From: Asterias rubens
Taxonomy: Eukaryota
DNA length: 64,000 nt
NCBI RefSeq assembly: GCF_902459465.1
Contig: NC_047062.1
Coordinates: 27,838,001-27,902,000 of the forward strand
Reading direction: 5' to 3'
In this document: one piece after another, positions 47,828 through 59,604 of the stretch
Numbering within the stretch: position 1 is the stretch's first letter
Layout: the number at the start of each line of letters is the position of its first letter
Program-made: the position numbers and the translations under genes
Notes under the pieces: generated by a model
Told to the model about the DNA's origin: nothing
Databases searched by the model: none
What the model saw: the letters and a program-made list of their open reading frames with translations, nothing else

Positions 47828-48835
47828 ATAATAATAATAATACTATTTATTCGGGCAATCACATTTACAGGCACATGTACATACATTAAACATATTTAAG
47901 AAAACAAAGTAAAACAACAGTGGGGTGCCCAGGAGAGCATAAAAGTAAAAAAAAATAACTATCGCCAAAAGGCGTATGTCTCCTAAATCCCCCAAAATAC
48001 ATTAAGGCAAGAGAGGGCATATAAAAAAGCACAGAAGATAATAACAATCACGAATGACAATAAAAGGCAAACAAGCAGAGATATACACAATAATACACAC
48101 AATCCTAAAAGGATATTCGTTAAAATCAGGACAATACAACAAAATGGTTAAGAGCAATACATAAAAACTCCGGTAAGGGGATACAAATGAAATAACATTG
48201 TTAACAGGTTAGACTTTCGGACAAGTCGACAAATCCGCCCCATGCGCCGAGACAGCGCTCCCGGGAGACCACCGCTCCCGCGCGAACCAATGGCTCCCCG
48301 ACCCCTCATTAATGAGGAGACGAAATCGGGGTGCCACCAGCCCGCGCGAGAGCAGCGATCTCGCGAGAGCACCATCCCAGCGCGCAGGGCCGACCTAACG
48401 ACCCGTCCACAAGTCGCATTGACACAAGAAAAGAAAAGGTCCAGGAACTGGTTCCATGTGGCGTCAACACCTCCAGAGTAAGCTGTGTCCCAGGGGCAAC
48501 GTCTTACCAGCTCACGTAGGTACGAAGTGTTGCACTTGGCATAAAGATAATGCCGATTCAATGTTCTAGACATGACCCGTGGAGACCGGCGAATGCAGAA
48601 ACTGATCATGGAATGATCAGATGTAGAAAATGGATCATGAACAGAAATGTTAGTCACTTTTGATGGACTTGTAGTAAAAACCAAGTCCAATAAGGTAGCA
48701 CGATTGTTAGCCATGGTGTGAGTAGGATCATTGATGAGTTGACGGAGACTATGGGCAGTGGTGAAATTTTTCAACTGAAACAAAAGAGCGTGGTCTTCCA
48801 TCCAGTTTATATTAAAATAGAAGAACACCTAAAGT
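47828..48835 (-). mobile_element. CR1-type LINE derivative: APE C-terminus joined to a GC-rich segment and 3' UTR, RT absent
   Basis: Reads LRQLINDPTH..LLDLVFTTSP..FSTSDHSMISF..PWD..WNQFLDLF; tail ..GCCCGAATAAATAG(TAT)n. Confidence 0.75.
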
Positions 48836-49128
48836 TTGAAAGATGGCCATAAGTCGGCTTTCGGAGATTCAAATTTCTGCGGTGTCCATTTGTGAATGCT
48901 ACATGGCCAGTGATGTGGTTGGTACCCATGGTCACCTAATAACCAAATGGGGATGGATTCAATGTACGTGTTTCTCATTGTATTCTCATTCAGTAGACAC
49001 TCTATGAAGCAGAAACTTTAACAAATGACTTTAAAATGTTTAAAGGGACTCAACTGTTCAAAAGTGACACATTTTTTCTGTCCATAATAGAAAAAAGCAG
49101 TAGCTGTTAATGCATGCCAATGTATGCA

Positions 49129-49560
49129 CATGACCCAAAATGCCATCAAACAGCAGGATTGCTCCCATGCTAACACATGACCCAAAATGCCATCAAACAG
49201 CAGGATTGCTCCCATGCTAGCTAACACATGACCCAAAAAGCCATCAAACAGCAGGATTGCTCCCATGCTAACACATGACCCAAAATGCCATCAAACAGCA
49301 GGATTGCTCCCATGCTAACACATGACCCAAAATGCCATCAAACAGCAGGATTGCTCCCATGCTAACACATGACCCAAAATGCCATCAAACAGCAGGATTG
49401 CTCCCATGCTAACACATGACCCAAAATGCCATCAAACAGCAGGATTGCTCCCATGCTAACACATGACCCAAAATGCCATCAAACAGCAGGATTGCTCCCA
49501 TGCTAACTCATGACCCAAAATACCATCAAACAGCAGGATTGCTCTCATGCTAACACATGA
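49129..49560. repeat. 47-bp minisatellite, 9 full units
   Basis: Unit CATGACCCAAAATGCCATCAAACAGCAGGATTGCTCCCATGCTAACA; one unit has a 4-bp insertion. Confidence 0.95.
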
Positions 49561-49954
49561 CACAACCACTTATGTACACACGCCACTGTATCACTCAGTT
49601 CTCAGGTCAAAAACAAGTAGAATTAATACCCAATTATTGCGCTGCTTATGGCAGATTTTGTGCTTTACAGGTAAGCCTAGCAAGTTTGTACTTTCATATA
49701 GCCTCAATAAGCATTTTTGGCTTACAGCGGAAAGCAAGCAAAAAGGAGCCTTTAAGCCTCTATTTTCAGCTTAAGCCTCTATTAGCCCCTGCTTAAGCAT
49801 GGCCTTATTTTTTATACTGTAATTCACACAAAAATGACGGTGATTATTCACTGAATACGTCAAGGTCGTGAACAAAATTATTCAGTTGAAAGACAGCGGC
49901 TGGTTTTTTGCGACGGGAAAAATATCCCCTTGGCTTGTTGCAGTTGTGACTTAA

Positions 49955-50534
49955 AGGCAGTGGACACTATTGGTAATTGTCAAAGACTAGCCTTCACAGT
50001 TGGTGTATCTCAACATATGCATAAAATAACAAACCTGTGAAAATTTGAGCTCAGTCGGTCATTGAAGTTGCGAGATATCAATGAAAGAAAAAACACCCTT
50101 GTCACACGAAGTTGTGTGCGTTTACATGGTTGATTTCGAGACCTCAAGTTCTAAATCTGAGGTCTCGAAATCAAATTCATGGCAAATTACTTCTTTCTCA
50201 AAAACTATGGCACTTCAGAGGGAGCCGTTTCTCACAATGTTTTATACCATCAACCTCTCCCCATTACTCGTCACCAAGAAAGGTTTTATGCCAATAATTA
50301 TTTTGAGTAAATACCAATGGTTGGCCATTTATGGGAGTCAAAATTTTGACTCCCATAAATGGCCGACCGTGTTAGTCGACGAGGTAAAAGGAAAACCGTG
50401 CAATTTCGAGGCATGTTTGTGTGGATCATTGTATTCTACTTTTACAACATCTTTTTACCCATGTGCATTTCATAACAAACGGTTACACACGCTTTTCAAA
50501 GACCAACTCGACCGATCCAAGGCAACGTGTTCCT
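49955..50534. mobile_element. Chimeric Kolobok-like MITE (family A left part + family B right half)
   Basis: TTAA|AGGCAGTGGACAC..(A body to ~50315), then the B central palindrome..GCAACGTGTTCCT|TTAA. Confidence 0.85.
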
Positions 50535-50963
50535 TTAACATGTGTGTGTGTGTGTTGTGCAGCAAGTACATGTAAACTTTTGCCTAACATGTTTCAGAAA
50601 TGTTATACAATGTTTCTTCTTGTTAACTATCAGGCGTCACCTTTATCAACAAAAGGGGCGCTTTGTTGAACCATTACAACTAAATAAAATACTTCAAGTT
50701 GCTCAAATTTGCACAAATTTACAGTGCACTTTCTGATGAATTAATTCCCATACACTAATTTCCATTTAGCACATCATTCGACCAAGCTGTGAAAATGGAC
50801 GGGGTGCTCTATTAAGTCATATTAATTATGTGGTCTGTGTGACTATTTCATTAACTTTAACAGTCACATCAAAAACCATGGTCAGCTAACTGAGTTACAA
50901 CTCAACAAAGTATGCACAACTCAACAAAGTATGCAAACAAGAGATGTATGGATTTTTACTCAC

Positions 50964-51032
50964 TGGATTACTGATGACAGAAAGTTCTATCAGATTAGGT
51001 AATGCCTCAAGCTTCTCCAACTCGCATACATC
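50964..51032 (-). CDS. LRRC9: LRRC9 orthologue coding exon
   Basis: cttacAG / GTGAGT boundaries. Reads DVCELEKLEALPNLIELSVISNP, cf. [23 protein letters not shown]. Confidence 0.9.
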
Positions 51033-51077
51033 CTGTAAGATATTAATACACTGACTTAAATCAATGGTTTATTATAC

Positions 51078-51720
51078 AAATAATGAATGTCCATGAGTGC
51101 AATGGTGCGAATATTTTCATGAGTTGAAGGATGAAATGTTCTGTTCAATGAGGCGGAGCCGTTGCATGGAACATCCCATCATTCAACAAATGAAATTATT
51201 CGCACCATTGCATGAATGAAAAACATTCATTATTTATTTTAAAGCCTAACATCCAAGTAGATCTTTGTCATTTTGATTGGAGGATACAACTTTCAAAACA
51301 AACAAAGCGTAGGCCTACAATTTTTAATTGTAAAATTACACTGGTTTCTTTTGGGTTGGCCTGTTGGATTCAACAGTGACAATGTGCGTTCTTTACAGCT
51401 ATTTTGACACCTGCAGACACCGAATGTAGTATGTGACCTGCAGTAACACTGCTGCACTACCAAAGACGCGATTGCAGTGATGTTTTACGCACCGTGCAGT
51501 AGTATTTATCGGATGGAACAAAAAAATGCACAGTGAATGGAACAAAAAAATTCACAGTGAGTGACATAGCGTCAATAGTACTTATATTTGCTATCACGTG
51601 ACAGACAATCCTCCAATCAAAAAATTCACAGTGAGTGACATAGCGTCAATAGTACTTATATTTGCTATCACGTGACAGACAATCCTCCAATCAAATGGCA
51701 AAGATCTGCTTGGGTGTTAA
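51078..51720. mobile_element. Second palindrome+arm element family (Crypton-like) with an internal ~75-bp tandem duplication
   Basis: Hairpin 51078-51236 with core GAGGCGGAGCCG; inverted repeat AACATCCAAGTAGATCTTTGTCATTTTGATTGGAGGA (51249) vs 51680-51718; duplication 51545-51693. Confidence 0.55.
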
Positions 51721-52204
51721 ATCAAATTTGATATTTTAGTCAGAAATCAAACTTGTTACCCAAAAATCAAGAACAAAAATTTCAACCTCAAACTGCCCCC
51801 ATTCCCCATTTCTATCCTAAAATCCGAAAAAATCAGTGAATACTGTTTCAATGGATCTGCATGCACAGATCTCTACTATGTGTACCAGTTATAAGTATGC
51901 ACCTCTCTGTACTGTTAGCATATATTTTCAGACATAGTTATACACTGACCTATAACATAAAAGAGGTTCACATACATGTAGGGACTACACACATCCACGT
52001 AGTGTTATTTAATATGGAAATGAAGTACAGGATTTTCCTCAAGTGTCAGAACAAAGGAATGTCCATTCAGTGAAGGCAACACAGAGCTATGTGTGTCTAA
52101 CCATGAGTGTAGAGAATAGTCCAGTCTCAGCAAATATAGCTTATGTTTTGACCAAGGTGCTGACAGTGGTTTGTTAACTGTTCAGATAACATGAAGATGA
52201 AGGA

Positions 52205-52257
52205 AATACAAGGAAAACGGGCCAGTCCGGCGAACCTCGTATTAACGGAGTCGACTG
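52205..52257. mobile_element. Terminal stub of the Tigger/pogo-like MITE at 61123-62462
   Basis: GGGCCAGT.CGGCG.ACCT.GTATTAACGG.AGTCGACTG|TA. Confidence 0.7.
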
Positions 52258-52293
52258 TACAAACAATAATTTGAATAGCTTATTGAACAATAC

Positions 52294-52511
52294 CTGTAAT
52301 CTATTACTTCCAAGGTAGAGTCTTTGAAGGTTCTCCAGATACTGAAAGTGAGACAGTTCACGTAGTCTGTTTTCTTCCATATGAAGCTCAACGAGGTTCC
52401 ATTGATTCATGAAGGAATATTCAGAAAGTCCTTTAATTTTGTTGCGGTCCAAAACAAGCTCCCTTAGATCTTGTAGGCTCTCCAGACCTTCTACCTTGCT
52501 GATTTCATTGC
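52294..52511 (-). CDS. LRRC9: LRRC9 orthologue coding exon (LRRs)
   Basis: caccAG / GTA boundaries. Reads GNEISKVEGLESLQDLRELVLDRNKIK..LVELHMEENRLRELSHFQYLENLQRLYLGSNRLQ, cf. human GNEISQVEGLDNL..LHLEENRLREL. Confidence 0.93.
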
Positions 52512-52741
52512 CTGGTGAAACATCAAGAAATTTTGAGTACAGAGCAGCCTCAAGAACTAGGCACACTAATTTGGACCCCATCAAAATTTGGAAATGGAAT
52601 GCCACATTTTTTTCTAACAAGGATGATAGTACAAGTAACTACTGCGTAACTCTAAATGGTGTTTTGCAACCAGTGATGTTTAGCAACCAGTGATGCTTAA
52701 ATGTGCTAGTACAATTATAAGGACCATTTTTCTTGTGGAGT

Positions 52742-55068
52742 AATCCCCCCCCACAGAAGTGTGGATGGGGTCTACGAACGAATACTTACCGGTAGAGTCG
52801 AATTACTAATTTGCATATTCCCTATGCCGCGATGCAATAATGCTAAGACTTTCACACACAATAGCGCCCTCCACCGTCCTACCCACAACGGCCCCGCGAC
52901 ATGCCCGTCACGGAGTCGTCCTCTTTTCGATGAGCCCTACTAAATGTAAGCACCCAAGGACCGAGTATGTGGGGAAGGAGGGAGGGATACTCTACCGGTA
53001 AGTATTCGTTCGTAGACCCCATCCACACTTCTGTGGGGGGGGGGGGGGGGGAGTCTACTTCACTCTACTTACCGGTAGAGTCGAATTACTAATTTGCACA
53101 GACTCGCACCGAGGAAAGGCGATGGGTATACGCGGTGCTACTGCATGTCTTAAGGACCCCGGCGCGCTCAAAAAATTCAGAGAACGCTTCACGGCCGCAA
53201 GGCCCGATAGTGGTCCATGCCCAAAACGTACAGAGGGTGTCGTCCCACGGGTGAACAAGACATTATAAGTATTGTTAGCACTGTAACACCGTGGAAAACT
53301 CACCTAAACACGTGACTGACGAGGTGGAGCTTGTTCTGGCTTCGCAGCTTGGCTGGCCGCCTGTAACACCGCTCTACCCGCTCTCCCATCCACCTGCAGG
53401 TAGCAGTCGGAGAACGTGGACGGGCTCTTCCAGGAGGCCGCCCTTGCTATGTCACTCATGGAGACCCCTTTAAAGAAAGCCCATGAGGCCGACACTCCCC
53501 GTACCTGGTGGGCATGAACCGGACCATCGGTCGCTGGCCATCCGCCTGACACCGAGCGGATGGCTGTAACTATCCAACGCGCGATTGTATCCAGGATGCT
53601 GGTCGGAATGGTGGAACCGTGGACACGAACAGCTGTTCGTGGCCGGTTCGGATTCACTTCCGCCACGCCCCGGGATACCGGAGGGCGGACGCACGAAAAC
53701 CACGGCTCGACTGGGCCCGCTGTTGGCCTTAAGCCGGCGTGCATGCGTTCGTCAGTCCTTGGTTCCCACGAAAACCACCACGGGCGGGTCTCTGTGGGCG
53801 CCTACATGGAATCACAGAGGGGGGGGGGGGGGGGGGGGGGGTCGGATACACTCAATAATTGTTCACCCAAAGGTAGGGCTGTGCCTAACCAATCATGGTG
53901 CTCTGCATCCCGATAGGATACAAAGGACCCCGAAGGGTGTATGCTAATCCCCGTCTGGGATTGTGAACGTGCACCCGTTCGTGACCGCACATCACCCTGA
54001 TCCACCACACCCCATGCAACCTCCTTTGCGGTGACCGTGGGACGGTGGCTGGGAGGGGAGGCCGGTGCCCGGCTGACCGTGCACGGTATGCCGCCTTGAT
54101 CCTGGAGCACCCAGCCATGACCGGACTGGTCGGGCTGGGTGTACGGTCCTGAAAACTGGGAAAATTCCTGGACCTCGCGCCGACCGGATTTTGAGGCCGC
54201 TAAGGTCTGGAAAGCCGTGAGGAATTCTTCTTGGGATAGTGGCTCGCTACCCCGATGACGTTTCCCATGGGTGTCAGGCGAGGAGTCGTCAGACGACCGC
54301 AGATGACGATCTTTTCTGGTCTTCTGTCTCTTGTTCGGTACCCGCTCACGGGACGAATCCGAGGCTCTCTCTGAGGAAACCTGAGTGACAGGGATGCCCG
54401 AACAACGGGTGAAACCCGAAGACGAGGGCGGGCCCTGTGAGTTGGGTATCCCGGGGGAGTCCCAGGTACCCGACTCAGCACCCACAATCCTTCTCCCCAT
54501 GGCCAGCGCCTCACAGCCTATGGCGTGGGCGGGTGCCTTGTGGGTTGGAAAACCTCGCAAAAGGCCGTCACCAACCGTCGTTGGGAAATCCACGGTGTCG
54601 GTGCGGGCCGGGTATTCTGAGCCGTGCGGCTTCAGTGACCCCGAGGCGGTGCTGGGAGAGTGGGCGGTGCGCTCCGGAACGGAGCCACCTTTTGTCCTGC
54701 CTCTCATGGTCACTGCCCCGGCACCGGTTTTCTTGGCCTTGCCGGGGCGTTTGACCTTCGACTGGGTCGACCCACGTACACTGACCGAGGAGGGGGAGCG
54801 GGAAGCAACCCCTCTTTGATCGGTGGGTACCCCGGCCGACGCAGCCGACAGCGGCTGCGTAGGCCGGCTGGAGGACTGCAAGCTCAGACTGTCCCGGCTA
54901 AGACGAAAGAGGATGACTCCGTGGCTGGCAGGCATGTCGCGGGGCACTGTGGGTAGGACGGTGGAGGGCGCTATTGTGTGTGAAAGTCTTAGCATTTTTG
55001 CCTTGCGGCATAGGGAATATGCAAATTCGTAATGCGACTCTACCGGTATGTAGAGTGAAGTAGACTTG
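52742..55068 (-). mobile_element. Internally deleted DIRS1-type tyrosine-recombinase retrotransposon (~2.3 kb) with intact ITRs and ICR
   Basis: ITR 52781-52925 vs 54900-55050. The ICR at 52995-53098 is complementary to both termini. There is a gag-like ORF (54995-53802) and a YR C-terminus EQLFVS..TIARWIVTAI..AHQVRGVSASWA..AASWKSPSTFSDCY. No RT/RNase H. Confidence 0.88.
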
Positions 55069-56258
55069 AATGTTTTTTGCTTTTTTTACAGAATTTGGGG
55101 AAGTACTGAATTTACAGTGCTTTATACACATGGTTGTATGGAAGTGTTTCGGTATCCACAATGCAGCAAATTTAACACCCATTACACTTGTATCACTTAG
55201 ATTAGAAGATGATTAGAAGATAATCATTCCATATTGTTACTTTTACATAAATTTGATTACAAATTCCCTAACCCTTGGCAGCCCAATTTGATCTAACATT
55301 CCTTGAAAAGAGTATTACGCTTTAAATTTACTACATATATTTACTCTCAACTTTAAATTAACAACACTTTTCTTTAGAACACAGCTCAGATAATAACCTT
55401 TGTCAAACTGTGATCAAAATCTATGCCATTTGTGATGTTCAGTGGAAATGCAAATTACCATGAATATCTCAACCTGACAACAAATATTCGGTATACAATA
55501 TTATATCAAGGGTAATTCAATTAGATGACTTTACAAGGATTTTAAACTAATGAAAATAGACTCTTGTGGATAATACAACGTCATTACCCTGGGAGATTGA
55601 TCGCAATGGCTTGACAAATCATTTGTTATACGGGTGTGACACTGGTGGTTGTTGATTTGAAACAACTTTGTACATCATTTGTTCTTATTTTAAAAACACC
55701 GTATTGTAAAATGCAAACAATCTTTTGGTCAATCAAGAGGACTCATTAGTGTATAGTGTGTGAACATCTACAGCTTCATCAACATTTTATTTGTACACTA
55801 CAATTGTAAACCATTGCGTCCTTTCTCTTTCTTTTGAGAACGTTTGGAATTGTTAATTTATTTAAGTAATTCACCAAATCTTTTTGTTTGTAAATATTCA
55901 GATAACAAAAATAAATTCCAGAAAAGTTTGTTTCTTCCACAACGACAGAACATTTAATTTAAGTGTTTTGATAGTTTATCAACAATAAAACTGTGTATCA
56001 GAAATATCAAAGTGAATCAGAATTGTTTTCTAGTGTGTCCGCCTGGCTAGAGCACTGAATTTCAGGCTATGTTGAGCTGTAATGTCTGGAGGTTTGTCCT
56101 TAATCACAAAAAGCGCTTAAGTCTGGGAAATTCAAGTTCAAATACACACTTGTGACTAAGCAAGTCAATGTAACATCATTTAATTTGAACTTGCATACAT
56201 GGTTCATTATGTTGGCAGTGTTTTTGATGCTAGCTAGCATCTCCAAGTCTTGTCTTAC

Positions 56259-56332
56259 CTTGAAGGAATAATGCCTTGAGGGATGGTAAGCGACTGATCT
56301 GTAACTTGATTAGATCACTGATTCCATTGTAC
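56259..56332 (-). CDS. LRRC9: LRRC9 orthologue coding exon
   Basis: aaccAG / GTAAGA boundaries. Reads (G)YNGISDLIKLQISRLPSLKALFLQ, cf. [25 protein letters not shown]. Confidence 0.92.
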
Positions 56333-56747
56333 CTGGTTAGTATGAAATTAATAGCATTATCAAATCATTTGGACAAATAACATTAGCACTGTTCACTATT
56401 TATTAGGGAGGAATGTTAAATTAAAGTAACTCAGGTTGAAGCTCACATAACCACATTGTACCTTGGGAAATACAGGGTAACACGAGTTTCAACCAAGAGT
56501 TGACAGTACATAATTGTACATAATTGTAGATACAGCAGGGTTACTATACAGGACACTATGCATTAGTCATTCTTGTCATAAATAATGATACACCTTTTAT
56601 TTGACCTTGATATTATATTGTTGTAATATTAATACAATAGAAAAATTCATTAAAAAGTGCCATAACACACTTTCTGCTAGTTCAAAAATGTAAAATCACA
56701 AGCAAATTTTTCCAAAACACACACATTTCATTGTTGTTCAATCTCAC

Positions 56748-56908
56748 CCTAAATGAAGAACTTCCAGATTTTCCAGGATAGGAGTGAAGTTTCCTGGACT
56801 GTAGAGATCGGCCTGGTCTTCTTTGAATCCTTTATGATTACTCTTAGGTCCAGTTCCCTTCAGGCGCGGTACAATACATTCAACATGATTGTGGTTCAAG
56901 CACAAAAC
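56748..56908 (-). CDS. LRRC9: LRRC9 orthologue coding exon
   Basis: gattAG / GTGAGA boundaries. Reads VLCLNHNHVECIVPRLK..PILENLEVLHL, cf. VLCLNYNHIESIMPRLK..PPIMHSLEVLHL. Confidence 0.92.
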
Positions 56909-57048
56909 CTAATCACACATAAACGTCAATAATAATGTCAAAATAAGGCTGACCCTTTGTTGCACTAACCAATTAACACCAAGGATTTTCCATATCAGGC
57001 AGTTTATAAGAATCTGTATAATCTGATTTATGTTACATCTCTACTATG

Positions 57049-57201
57049 ACCCTTTTCCAAACCAAGGCTTCAGCTTTGGATTCGGCTTGAGGCTCCGTTC
57101 TCTAGTCTGAAACCCTGGGCGCTTATACACAAAGCACGCGGAATTGTCAAAACAAGCCTGAGCCGAATTCAAAGCCAAATCAAGTCGTTTCGATAAAGGC
57201 C
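57049..57201. mobile_element. Short degenerate MITE
   Basis: Imperfect TIR CCTTTTCCAAACC..GGCTT..GCTTTGGATTCGGCT vs AGCCGAATTCAAAGCC..GTTTCGATAAAGG. Confidence 0.45.
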
Positions 57202-57214
57202 TCGAATGATCTTG

Positions 57215-57760
57215 GAATATGGGCGCTGCCTTGTTTGAACATCAAGTGGTGCCCGCACCCTGCTGCATTGATGCATCCTGGGGTCACCTTCGAGGTACGC
57301 ATGGGACCAGCCAATCGCCCTTTGTGATGTCACAGTCAAATGCGAGCCTGCAGTAACTTCGGGGGCTGGGGGGGGGGGCCTACCGTTGGGTTGTCAGGGG
57401 TCTGCATTGTTTCATACCCGTCAGGCTCCATTTGTGATGTCACAGTAGCGCGAGTGTCAGTAACTTAGCGCATACACAGTGTATGCAAAGAACAAAGCAC
57501 AGGATCGCCACGGGGAACGGAGGTACGATGGAGGTTTACAGCAAGTGGGACATGGAGAGGAAGGGGTACACAGTGGTGTACGTCTGTGGGAGGGGGTCAA
57601 GGAATTGCAAACAATTACGGGAACAAATTAGCGGAGCTAGGGAAATTATACGTTAAAGGGAAAATGGGAGAAAAAGGACTAATAATGATATGGGACAGGA
57701 AAATAATAAACTGAACAGGGAAAACATCCATGAAACGGGGTATTGTGACTCTGAGTGCCC
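57215..57760. repeat. Second copy of the unclassified 13700-14700 repeat
   Basis: Same conserved blocks in the same order and orientation. Confidence 0.7.
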
Positions 57761-58255
57761 CTTCCCCCCTTACACCACACTACATTCAAAATTCTATATG
57801 CAATGATTTCTAGCAGGTGCCGCCGCTAGTGTTAATAAATGATGTTGTGTGACTGTGACTACAAAAAAACATTTTTATTTATTTTAAAACATGCTTAGAA
57901 CCAAGTGACTAGTATACAGATTTGTATAGCATCAACTGTAGCAAAATTACATCATTGTCGAATATGAGACAATTTTTTCTAACATGAATACACCTTAATT
58001 ATGATACTTTTTAGCCTAGATCTCTCTACTTAATTTGTGTTGTTGTGAACCACTCTTTCAGTGATATCAATGAAATATGAATGTTTTTCTACTGTACAAC
58101 TAACAGTTAAATGGTGTTCATGGTAAGCCAAGCCATATAATTATGCCCTAAATCAGCAGAAATTCCAGGTTTGGCACTCGTAAAACTCACTACTTTGATT
58201 TGCTTGAGTTTTCGCTACTGTTTTACTTGCTCTCTGAGCAAGTTTAAGTACTTAC

Positions 58256-58319
58256 CCTAAGGTTCACCAAATACACAAGACCACTGAAGGATTGCAAGTT
58301 GTTGTGCTCTAGATTCACA
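58256..58319 (-). CDS. LRRC9: LRRC9 orthologue coding exon
   Basis: tttctacAG / GTAAGT boundaries. Reads (S)VNLEHNNLQSFSGLVYLVNLR, cf. [21 protein letters not shown]. Confidence 0.92.
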
Positions 58320-58519
58320 CTGTAGAAAAAAAGCCAACAGACATTCAGAACATTGGAGTTATCTACATGTACCTACACATAAGAATATTCCTCATTGGAT
58401 GGTTTTAGCTCTATTCAATGATTATCTTGTAAAACATATACTGTCCTCACCCACTTTGATCACCAATCAACTTGTTTGGTATTTGTATTCACTCACCAAG
58501 TGTAGTATACATGTCTTAA

Positions 58520-58833
58520 AGGAACACGTTGCCTTGGATCGGTCGAGTTGGTCTTTGAAAAGCGTTTGTAACCGTTTGTTATAAAATGCATGATTTGAGA
58601 GATATTTTAAAAGTAGAATATAACGGTCGGCCATTTATGGGAGTCAATTTTTTTACTCCCATAAATGGCCGACCGTGTGAGTCCGCAAAGTAAAAGGAAA
58701 AAGTAAAAGGCACATTTGTGTGGATCATTGTATTCTACTTTTAAAATATCTTTCTAACCATATGCATTTTATAACAAATGGTTACAAACGTTTTTCAAAG
58801 ACCAACTCAACTGATCCAAGGCAACGTGTTCCT
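58520..58833. mobile_element. Kolobok-like MITE family B
   Basis: TTAA|AGGAACACGTTGCCTTGGATC ... GATCCAAGGCAACGTGTTCCT|TTAA. Confidence 0.88.
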
Positions 58834-59428
58834 TTAAAATGTATTTCAGGAGGGATGGATTTAAATATACATGTACATGTAACGATCATTATGTCACTCA
58901 GCAGTATTGTTTAAGTTTGTGTTCCTAAAAATAACAAGATAAGTCGTGTTTGAAAACACAAATGCCCTGCAAGCCAGTCCGCTTTTTGACATTTGACAAA
59001 CATAGAACAGAGTGTGTTTTTTCACAAATAACGTAAGCCAGTCTTTTGCAATGTTGTGCTGCGGATACTCTGCCATATAGGTTGGAAAAACACTCATTCA
59101 CACTACCTACTACAAAACCTCACCCCCCCCCCCCCCCAATTTTCTATCAAATTTACATTGAACTTGAAGACTACAAATTAAATTGACAGAAAACAAAGCA
59201 GAATTCCGGTTTAAACCGGAGATTTTCATGCCAGCTGGGAACAACAGACCATGTGGGAATTCCCTGACAAAATTCAAGATTCAGTTTTTACTTATTGGGA
59301 CCAAACAAAGACCAGACTTGCACAGTGTATGTTGTGCTTATTGAAATAAAATATATGTAAAGAAACAAATGTAATAATGAAGAATAACATCCTAAAAGTG
59401 GACTAAACTCTTAACTGCGATACACTAC

Positions 59429-59604
59429 CTTCTCAAGTTAATGAAGTGTTCTCCAGTTCCTAGGTCTACTTGTCTCAAGATACTCTGGGGAAAGTCCAGC
59501 TCCCGTACCTCATGAAAGTTAGAATGACCTAACTTCTCTGCAACAAAGTCTTGAGTCAAACGACCTCCAAATTTATCCTTAGCAGTACCCCCTTCAGAAG
59601 ATTC
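59429..59604 (-). CDS. LRRC9: LRRC9 orthologue coding exon
   Basis: ttatAG / GTAGTG boundaries. Reads ESSEGGTAKDKFGGRLTQDFVAEKLGHSNFHEVRELDF.., cf. [23 protein letters not shown]. Confidence 0.92.

Noticed and set aside
53819-53841. G23 run as the breakpoint of the DIRS RT deletion
   Set aside because: Gag-like sequence (RGGFRGNQG) continues ~100 bp beyond the run, so the junction to YR is nearer 53700.
53560-55032. Multiple overlapping plus-strand ORFs as genes
   Set aside because: They are antisense shadows of the GC-rich DIRS gag/YR region, with no recognisable motifs.
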